A stretch of 63,815 nucleotides of DNA, counting the filler, from Neolecta irregularis DAH-3 (lineage: Eukaryota): the NCBI GenBank assembly GCA_001929475.1. It is 4 parts of 4 records of this genome, joined end to end, with 100 filler letters (N's around TTAATTAATTAA, not from the genome) between each part and the next. Parts side by side here need not be neighbours in the genome. Positions count along the whole stretch, not along the records: positions 1 to 26,150 come from LXFE01000134.1; positions 26,251 to 54,915 come from LXFE01002257.1; 2 more parts are not named here. One strand, written 5' to 3'. The translations under genes and the position numbers were made by a program. The notes under the pieces were generated by a model. It ran no database searches. It worked only from the letters and a program-made list of their open reading frames with translations, and was not told the origin of the DNA. Below are positions 24,578 to 33,695 of the stretch, piece after piece (the first letter of the stretch is position 1; every line of letters starts with the position of its first letter).

Positions 24578-25100
24578 TGTCAGTAATCCAGAGAATGAAA
24601 AAGTGTAAAGATCATGGTCAGTTTGTGAAAATCAAAAAGTCATCCAGAAAGGTTTTGACATTTGATCATGTTGTCAATGACCAACAATGGAATCCTGTGG
24701 TCAGTATTGGCAACAATATAAACAATATGGTATTGCCAATATACACTCTCCCCTCTCAATCTCAGCTTATTTCAATTACTGCCATAGATCTCTTACTTGG
24801 GAAGTCAGGAGTGCCACAGCTCCCAGAGATTGTACTCTCTGACCCACCACCCTGTTTCAATATTGTCTTTCCTTGTTTCTCCCCACATAGACCTGTAGGA
24901 CCGCCTTGCCAGCAATGGCTATAAAAGGAGGCCCATTTCTTCTCATGTTAGAGAGCCAATCGTATTACTCTCTTCTGTAGTCAGATCCCCAAGGATCCGG
25001 AAGCCCAATACCACCGCGCTCACCAATATACTACCAATCTATTACAACAACTACAGCTACCAAACCTCTATAAACCTTGAGCTACAGCCTGCGTGTGACA
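24578..25100 (+). mobile_element. Probable solo LTR
   Basis: TGTCA...TGACA termini and an internal CTATAAAAGGAGGCCC TATA followed by a pyrimidine tract, typical of fungal LTRs. No target-site duplication found, so the left end is uncertain. Confidence 0.5.
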
Positions 25101-25129
25101 GACTGCATGCCACCACCTAAATTGGTTGT

Positions 25130-26150
25130 CACATGTTAGGCCTAGCCTGGCCCATTGGCCGGTCCATGAAAAAGCCCATGGGCCCGGCTTTGGCCCGTCC
25201 ACAACACTGCTTAAAACTGCGGGCAGGAACGGTCGAGGAGGGCGGGCAGTAATGGGCGAGGAGGGAAGGCGATAATGGGCGAGGAGGGCGGGGCAGTAAT
25301 GGGCAGAGGAGTGAGAGGAAGCGAGTAGGGCAGTAAGAGGAAGCAAACAGAGCCTTTTCCATGAAACTTTGGTAAACGTGATAAATTCCAACAATCGAAT
25401 ATCACATGATACATCCAATTTGGCCCATGGACCATGTGCCGGGCTTTTTCCATAGTCCAGTCCATGGACTTTATCCATGGACATTTAATGGACTGGATTA
25501 AGTCATGGTCCATCCGCAACACTGTGGGAGGATTAGTATGCCGGCCGCCTGCCGGAAAAATCTGAACTGTGCGCCCCGCCAGAGAGGCTCTGGCGGGTGG
25601 GGCCTCTCAGGTCGGATTTTTATGCCTCCAGCCTTCACCAAGAGATCCAACCACCCACCTGGAGAATGTTCTGGCAGGCTGTTAGGTTGTATGGCGGTTT
25701 GGTAGTTTCCTATATGTAATGGTTCTTCAAAGGTCCCCTTTTGACTTTTTTGTATTGAATTTGTTGGTAGATCATTAGTTTTGCCTTTAAATTTTGATCC
25801 CGATAGTGTTTCTTTCGTTTGAATACGTTGGTTGGTTGTTCAACTGTGAATTGATTGCCATTTGCTCAAAGTTACACTCGCAAGATTTAGCACGGATCAC
25901 GTGACACAGTGACCAGGATGATAAGACAGGAACTTTGTATGTGCAGCATACTTCACCTATGAAAGAAATGACCAGATAGAAATCATTTTAGCAATTTTGG
26001 TTATTTAGTGAATATTGTATTGCACTTATCCTAATTGTCAAAAAAGACGAGCCGCCCGCCTGCCCGGAAACGTTTTCAGCCGCCCGCCCGCCGGAGATTA
26101 ATTGACCCTCCCATCCACCGGGGGGTCTCCGGCGGGGTCGGGCGGGCGGG
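25130..26150. mobile_element. Nested DNA-transposon end fragments (hAT-like)
   Basis: Two same-orientation ends, GGCCCGTCCACAACACTG (to 25209) and GGTCCATCCGCAACACTG (to 25524), i.e. CAGTGTTG termini on the minus strand, with dense CCATGG/GGCCC subterminal motifs. GCCCGCC-rich blocks at 25525-25690 and 26050-26150. No transposase ORF. Confidence 0.5.
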
Positions 26151-26250
26151 NNNNNNNNNNNNNNNNNNNNNNNNNNNNNNNNNNNNNNNNNNNNTTAATT
26201 AATTAANNNNNNNNNNNNNNNNNNNNNNNNNNNNNNNNNNNNNNNNNNNN
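26151..26250. other. Artificial contig linker
   Basis: 44 N + TTAATTAATTAA (stops in all six frames) + 44 N. Confidence 0.97.
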
Positions 26251-26494
26251 CGGCACCACCGCCGCGATCGTGGCCCGCGCAGGCCCGCACGCCGCGCCGC
26301 AGCTGGTGGTGCCGTGCAGCCTGGGCCAGCCGTGGTCCGTCCGCCGCTGGGCTGCGCTGTTCTCCGCGGCGGCCCCGCTGCTGCCGGGCGTGCACAGCCT
26401 GCTGATGGCGATTGTCGCCCCAGACTCGACCGTGATGTACTATCGCGTCCACGCTGGCATCGCGGCACCCGCGCAGCATGGGGATGTGGTGTGA
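26251..26494 (+). CDS. SEN15: tRNA-splicing endonuclease subunit Sen15 (3' part; 5' end lost in the gap)
   Basis: VVPCSLGQPWSVRRWAALF...LLMAIVAPDSTVMYYRVHAGIAAP, the characteristic Sen15 C-terminus. Confidence 0.85.
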
Positions 26495-26499
26495 GTGCG

Positions 26500-26770
26500 T
26501 TGGATGGGTGGTTGGATGAATGGGTATGTGGTGAGTGGTTGGATGGGTGGTTGGAGGTGTAGTTGGACGAGTGGTTGGAGGTGTAGTTGGACGAGTGGTT
26601 AGATGAGTACAGGTGCCTGAAGGTAGTAGTATCTGTTCTGTATGTGTCTGAAGGTAGTTGTCTGTCTGTCTGTCTGTCCCTGCCTCTCTCTCTCTCTCTC
26701 CCTCTCTCCTTCTCTCCCTTTCTCCCTCTCCTCTCTCTTTTTCTCCCCCTCTATCTCCCTCTCTCTCTCT
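26500..26770. repeat. Low-complexity repeats (GGTTGGA-type, CTGT, CT) between convergent SEN15 and TIM10
   Basis: Directly visible. Confidence 0.85.
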
Positions 26771-26774
26771 TAAC

Positions 26775-27131
26775 CTACACGCCCAACCCACTCCCGCCCA
26801 TCTGCTGCTTCTGCACCGTCTGCATGTGCTGCCGTCAGCCGTGCCCCAACCGCCGGCCTTACCGCGCCAATCTTGGTGTTCACGTCAAAGTACTTGCCCA
26901 CGCACCGGTCGATACACACACTCTCCCCCTTGTTCAGGTCCGCCTCCGTATACTTGAGCGGGATGCATTTCTCGTAGCACGATTTAGCCAGTCTGAGCCA
27001 TCAGCACCCGCCACCCACACACACGACCCGTTGAACAGGCTCGTTACCAGGTCAATCTCCGCCTCCACCGCCGCAATATTTGCCGGGTTGACGGTGTGGT
27101 TGTTCGACGACGATCCGAATCCAAAGCCCAT
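26775..27131 (-). CDS. TIM10: Mitochondrial small Tim chaperone Tim10 (3 exons)
   Basis: Spliced product: ...AVEAEIDLVTSLFNGLAKSCYEKCIPLKYTEADLNKGESVCIDRCVGKYFDVNTKIG...; twin CX3C motif. Confidence 0.95.
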
Positions 27132-27300
27132 TTTCGGTCGCCGGTGGTCGGGTGAAGGTTTTCTGGCTCCCCCCCTTTCAACCTCTAACTTTGATATTCA
27201 CACCCTCTCCACGTATCTAGCGAGACTGGTCAAGTACTGTCAATGACATTAATCTTGATATTGCATATTGAATATTGGATATTGATGGATAAGCAAAAAT

Positions 27301-27444
27301 AATTCTTGTTCTTTACTTGAATAGAGCATTATGCAAATGCGAAGCTACAGTATTACTATAACAGACAGTCACAATTCTTGTTCTTTACTTGAATAGAGCA
27401 TTATGCACATGCGCAGCTACAGTATTACTATAACAGACAGCCAC
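27301..27444. repeat. 72-bp tandem duplication
   Basis: AATTCTTGTTCTTTACTTGAATAGAGC...ACAGACAG(T/C)CAC twice, with ~3 mismatches. Confidence 0.95.
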
Positions 27445-27764
27445 ATCACTTGCAGTGACAGACAATCATAAAACAAGAGATTCTACATACCTCCACATTG
27501 AAAAGAACCACATGTGCTATTTTCATAGTCTTTAGCACCCCCTATTCAGTCGCAGTGGCCGAGGAGTGCCCAATAGACAGGTGGGTTAGGGTTAGGGCTA
27601 GATGAGTTGCAGCTTCGGGAGGCGCGGGCTAAGTTCCGATATAAGATGAAAAGCTTTTATGAGAGAGGTTTCAAGAATACTAATTTCGAATAAAGAGTGA
27701 ATAAGCGAGAAAAGGACTGTAGAAGGATATTAGGCTAAATAAGGTCAGTGTCCAACCGCCTTCC

Positions 27765-27907
27765 CGCTGTACGATTTCGCTAGTCTGCTCCCTCAGCACC
27801 CACCATGCACACACTCTACCCGTTAAACAGATTCGTGATCAATCTCCCGCCCCAATATTCGCTGGGTTGACGCTGTGGTTGTTCGACGATCCGAATCCAA
27901 AGGCCAT
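27765..27907 (-). pseudogene. Truncated, decayed duplicate of TIM10 exon 1, intron 1 and the start of exon 2
   Basis: MAFGFGSSNNHSVNPANI... aligns to the TIM10 5' end with deletions. The intron and the upstream block TCTAGCGAGACTGGT...GTCAATGA (28047-28080 vs 27216-27246) are also duplicated. Confidence 0.88.
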
Positions 27908-28145
27908 TTTCTCAAAGTATCGGTTGTGGAGGTTTCTCGCTCCACAAATTCTCCCCTTTTCCAACTATTCCTCCTCAAACTTTGCGAAATCATAAAGGTA
28001 TATATATATCTTTTGAATCCCATCTTCTCCATGACGAAATCTCCAATCTAGCGAGACTGGTTTAAAGTAACCGTCAATGATATATTGATCTTCTCTCTGA
28101 AAATTCATTTTCTCTTTTCCTATTCTTGAATAGACTAACAGCAGA

Positions 28146-30026
28146 ATGGCAATATATCCCCGCCTTTCATTTCTATGGCCGTTCCTAAATACATACCCCC
28201 GATCTGCTTTGTCGTACTCTAAATCCAGGAATTCATTCTGTAAGCTATCGCCAGATCAGAGATTATCGTACTCAAGTTCAATCTGTGAGCTATCGCGAGA
28301 TCACAGATTATCGCTCTCAAATCCAGCCAATTCAGGTAAGCTGTCGCCAGATCAGAGACTACCGCACTCCAATTCAACCAATTCATTGATCCCACAGGCC
28401 GGCCATCCGGATATGATTGTCCGCCGAGCCACTTTTCAAGACCTAAACATCGACGCTTACCCCTTCATTTGCAGGGACTCAAAATATGCAGAGATTCATA
28501 AAGTCCTTGAAGATTACGGGAAAACATTTGAGAACGGCACCAGGGGTACCCAAGAGATCACAGTTCGAGGTATCTCATTCCCCCATCACCCGATCACTAA
28601 TTCAAAGGAAGAATCTCTTCTGTCCGAAAAGCATCCTCAAAACTAGCATTCTACGACATCTGCCACCAAGCCTCAAAAATCCAAATCGTTTGTTCCGCAA
28701 AATCATACATTCCCAAAACTCCGTCATTCTTCGAGATCACCCGGCTTCTTCATCGAGGGGATTACGTCGAAATCACAGGGCTACCAGGCAGGACTAAAAC
28801 GGGTCAACTCTCCATCTTTGCAAATTCCGCAATCTCGTTGTTAGCTCCATGCCTCCACGCCATTCCGGCAAGCCTCAAGGACCCTGAAAAAAGATTTAGC
28901 AATCGCCACGTAGATTTCCTGGTAAACCCCCAATCAATGAATAGCATCCGCATCCGATCGCTTGTGTTGAACTACATTCGTCATTACCTCCTCCAAAAAG
29001 GCTTTGTTGAAGTTGAGACCCCAGTGTTGGCCGAATCGTCTGGAGGAGCAAATGCTCTGCCTTTTGAAACAAGCAGTCGCGCTGTAGGCGACGATGTCCC
29101 CCTTCATCTGAGAATTTCCCCAGAGTTGTGGTTGAAACGATTGGTCATTGGAGGTTTTGATAAAGTCTTTGAAATCGGAAAAAGCTTCCGGAATGAGGGT
29201 ATTCTTTATCCTTGACTTGCAGTAATAAACGCAGGAATTGACGCGACTCATAACCCTGAATTCACTACTTGTGAATTCTACCAGTCGTTTGCTGGACTAG
29301 ATGAATTAATGGACATGACTGAAGAACTTCTCATCGGTATGAATTGTAAATCCTCGAAAGCCAATTTATCCAGGGATCAACAATACCGTTAACGAATCTG
29401 GGATTTTGAAAAGTCAAGTCGAAATAAAAGGATCTTTTAATCGACTGAATTTCATACCGGCCTTGGAGGAAGCAATGAATCGGCCACTACCTGATCTCAC
29501 AAGCCCAACCATCGTTGAAGAATTAGTGTCCCTTTTTCAAGATTTACACATCCCACTTCCCCGCCTATCGACGGCCCCCCGTCTCCTCGATAAACTCTCA
29601 TCAAAATATCTGGAACCACAATGTCAGGACCCCACGTTTATTTACAATATCCCCGCTCTCTTATCCCCGCTCGCTAAATCATCGCCAACAAATACCATTG
29701 CCCGCCGATTCGAATTATACATACACGCCCAAGAACTCTGCAACGCCTACGAAGAAGAAAATAACCCCCTCCTTCAACGTCATAAATTCCAAATGCAGCA
29801 ACACGATCGGGAAACACACGTAGACCTTGAAACTCAAACTGTAGATGAATCATTCATCACCGCCCTCGAATGGGGACTCCCGCCTACGGCTGGATGGGGC
29901 TTGGGTATAGATCGCCTGTGTATGTTGATCACTGCACAACTTCGAATCAATGAAGTTTTACCATTTGGCGGGTTAAAGCAATCTATACGACAAGCAGATC
30001 GCATTCCCTCCAGGTCCTTGAAATAA
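28146..30026 (+). CDS. MSK1: Lysyl-tRNA synthetase, mitochondrial (multi-exon)
   Basis: OB fold [97 protein letters not shown]. Ser/Arg-rich presequence. Confidence 0.95.
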
Positions 30027-30179
30027 ATCTTGGTTTTTTTCTCTGAGATATTTCTTTGATATGTAGTATCTCTATTAGCGATGATAATTAGTCACTGCCC
30101 GCTTGACACACACAGCAGATGCTACTGGTTGAATAGGGCGGAGTTATATGTGGTATATTTTGTATTTCTTCGAGTTTAT

Positions 30180-31000
30180 CTTATTTTGAGGATTCATTCC
30201 AGCACACTTGGATTTGGTGCTTCTAGGGACTTATGTCAGGTAGGAATTACCTAATCCCTGGCCTGAGTCTCTTTTGCAGTATGGTACGAAGTACCCAACG
30301 GCCACTTCTCTCTCCTTTTTCTGCACTGATATTTTCTTTCTATATTTGTCTTTCCTTGATACTCTTCCCGCCCCTCTGCATGTGGTACGAAAATGATATT
30401 GTAATTGCTCGGAGGATTTTTTTAAAGGGGTCTCTGTTTGGCTATTGCTTTGGTCAAAATCTAGGTTTCTATAACCGATGCGGCTATTCATGTTTCCTAT
30501 AAGTAGACTTGTAGCTGTTTGCTGTTAGGACCGGTGAATAATGCTCTATTCATCTAGCAAAGGAGTCTAACCATCGTTTTTTCTCGTTTTATACAAGTCT
30601 GCCAAGCTCCACAATTGCACCCTACGTGTTAATAGGAGACCACTGGTATAAACACAGGCCTGGAGCCAGTCGTTTCAGATAGTCAAAAATATATCTTCAT
30701 TAATGCCGTCAGAATCTCTCCTCTCCGAACCCAAAACCACACTTCCTCCTCAAATAAATCGAATCTCAAAGTGAGAAGAAAAAAGTGTAAGTCTCCGCAA
30801 ACTTACCCGAAATTGCAGCTTGCGTGTTTCTAGTCGAAGAAAACACTTTTTAGCTGAATATACAGTCACGTTCTTTTAAAACCACTTTACCCTTTTTCAG
30901 AAGCGATTGACGTAGCCGGCCCGTGTTTTTTTTATACACCCGTGTTAAATGGTTTAGGGTTAGAGCGGCCCAACAAGGTTGACACAGGTATGTAAATTGA
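30180..31000 (-). ncRNA. Candidate structured ncRNA, possibly telomerase RNA (boundaries uncertain)
   Basis: CUAACCCUAA at 30963-30954, Sm-like AUUUUUG at 30690-30684, and many helices whose G-U pairs favour the minus strand in 30700-30990. No credible ORF in a 1-kb convergent gap. Confidence 0.4.
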
Positions 31001-31028
31001 TCATTTATTGTAATGCCAAATTTCGTTA

Positions 31029-33362
31029 CTATTTACATGACATATTAACATTTTTCAAATCAGGAAAGTGACGAGTGCGGAAGTCTTCGGTGGAATTTTG
31101 ATGCAATGAAGACGGAGAAGGTTTTGACCAGGAAGAATCAAAGGTGCTGCTGTTATTCCATAGTGAATCTTGGGAAAGCAGAGATACTGATGGTGGTCGA
31201 CTGTGTGGGGGAGATGCAGACGAGCCTTCGAGAAATCCGAATGGGAGACTACTTGCATTGCTGCTGCTCCGAGTACGGATCCCGCGGGTGCCAATTGGGG
31301 GAGGACGATCAGCGCGATGAAGCGATCGGGTATGGTGCAGAGCCGGGGTTCCCCGCGGGAGGTCCGGTGCATAATAGCCTGGTATGGGGTTGACGGGGTG
31401 TTGAGGAGAAAATGGCTCACTGTTGAGGGAACTTGGTGAAATATATTGACTGTTTCGTTCTACATGTGGGCGATCCGTCGGTTTTAATTTCGGTAGTGTT
31501 TGAACGGGAGATGACGACGAACTTTGACTAGAAGATGAATTCGACATTGTCGGAGATGTAAGGTTGAAATGATTGGAGTACTCTGTGCGTAATGGTGCGA
31601 GGGTATCAAAGGTTTGGCGTAGCGGAGGAACAAGGTCTTCAGCTGCGAGGAAATCATACGGCAGTAATTTACCCAAATCTTCCGGTTTGATGAATTCATC
31701 GGTATTATCAAATTTTCTATGAACAGGGTGTTCATTTCCCTGGGCGTTTCCTGTTTTGCCAAAAGTTTCATTAGGGCAAGATGAAAATTGAAAGCTCCGT
31801 TTGATAGCAGCAGCGGGGGTATCCATGTTCAATAGTGATGCTATCCGCTTCTTGTTCTTTCTCTTCTTGCCGCCAGAGGAACTAATATATCGAAGGTTCT
31901 CACCAGGCGTTGCCGACACGGGAACGTAATTGGCCGGTGTGAGAAGTCCAGAAGTTGGATTGATGACTGACGGAAGAGATAGAGACGAAACTATAGAAGC
32001 ATGTCGGTTACATCGTCTTTCCATTGCCTGATATATGAGATCCTCAAATAAGAAAAACATTCACAAACCTTGGAATGCTTCCGGAAGACCTCGGCATACA
32101 TGACTTCTAAAGCCGCCCGACACTTGTTCCATTCGACATTAGCATCAGCATCTCCTTGGTCTTCGAGAGCAAGCAGTTTTGCACGCTCTAAAGGAGCAGA
32201 TTCTATTCGAGCTTCTCGTTCTTTCTCGGCTTCTTTGATAGAATCAGCTAACGCTTTATTTTCTTCCTCCAAGTTTGAAGACTGCGCTTGAAGTTGGACA
32301 AATTCCAGACGCTTCTGCTCAATTTGCTCATAAGCACAGTGTTGATGCTCCTGAGCCTTGGTTTGAAGTTCGAGTGTATGGGCTTCCATTCGATCTATCC
32401 TTGCTTCGTAATCCTCGCATTCTTGTTTGGAGCTGTTTAATTCGTCCTGTTCCACTTTAAGAGTTCTTTCACTCTTCAATTTTACTGACTCTGTGGTTCG
32501 TTTGGCCTCTTCCAAGTGCTTTGTCTCTGCTCGAAGCTGTAACCTTCCCAAGTCTTCTTCCTTCTTCTTATTTCGGTATATCTCTAATTCTATCAACAAC
32601 GATGATTCCGCAGCAGCGTGATCATGTTCGGTTTGCTCGATTTGTTTATCGAGCTCCCGAGCTTCGGTTCGTACTCGTTCCAGAGCAGCGACAATGTTTT
32701 CTAAAGATTGGTGGGGAGGAATGGAAGAAATAGAGGACGAAGTGCTATGAGTAGAAGTAGAAGACGAGGCTTTGTGAGATTTGCGGGACTGCCGAGATGC
32801 CATGCTGTTGTTTTGGGCAATCTCGGCAAAGTCGGCACCAGTGTCGGTAGCTTGGGCCAAGGTTAGAATGTTTTGTATATAGGCATCCTCGTACCATTGG
32901 GATGCGTTCTTTCCAAAATACAGGAATTTCTAGCCATCGGAATTACTTCCACGGCTTGCCGGGTACAAAAGTGAAGAAGATCGCTGGACGAACGAATATT
33001 TTGATCATTTACCTACAAGTCAATCCAAACGCATTCAAGCAAGGTCATACTGCGACTACTCGCACGCTGTATCTTTTATTTGGAGACAAGCCCGTTAGGC
33101 TGACGCAGGTTTCTTGTTTCTCGCTTTCCCCAAGCACTGTCCCGTTGATTTGGATAACATGTTTGACCAGAGATTTGCCGTTTTCTGGCAACGACCAGTG
33201 TAGCATTACGGATGTCGAGGCGATGCTGTCGAGCGTAACCCTTGGAGCAGGTGGAATTCTGATATTTACAATCTTTGACAGCGTCGATACGGGATACTGG
33301 ATGAGACGGACGGTTCTATGCAGCAACCAGCTGCATGCGATGATGAATACGACAGCCAGCAT
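31029..33362 (-). CDS. Fungal membrane-anchored fibronectin type III + coiled-coil protein (multi-exon)
   Basis: N-terminal hydrophobic helix; FN3 signature (VMLHW...QING..LGE....LTGLSPNKRYSVRVVAVN); long Glu/Lys coiled coil (32090-32700); Ser/Pro-rich disordered tail. Confidence 0.8.
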
Positions 33363-33695
33363 TGCTGGTGGGGGTATGAGCGGATGGTCACAGCAGGATT
33401 AAAATTGGGCTAGAACAGCAAAATTTCGCATGATAACGGGGGTCTGGCTGGACACAGACATGCGAGACTCTACACTAAGAGTGGCATTCAATAGTGTGGT
33501 GGTGATTACATTTAGGCTCCGCCGAGTCCCGCTGTTGATCAAAACAGCGATAGTGCGCATACAGTCCATCTTGCTGCAGTAGCCGTAATTGTGCTTGACC
33601 AGCGGATGCGTGGATAGGCAGCCAGCGGCACTGCGCATATACTCGGCCATCGGCATTGTCACCTTCCTGTCTCCGGATCGAAGAACAACTCCACC

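Noticed and set aside
26626-26639. GTAGTATCTGTTCT matching the U2 snRNA branch-recognition region
   Set aside because: The flanks lack U2 stem I (GCCTTTTGGC..AGATCAAG) and an Sm site; it lies in low-complexity DNA.
26195-27246. Long ORFs of 198 and 219 aa
   Set aside because: They run through simple repeats and antisense to SEN15 or TIM10; GC-rich shadow frames.
30684-30995. U1-like reading (ACAUACCUG at the 5' end plus Sm site) or RNase MRP reading of the structured region
   Set aside because: No U1-70K GAUCA loop or U1A loop at the expected positions and no convincing RNase P/MRP P4 pair; the telomerase or unknown-ncRNA reading was retained.
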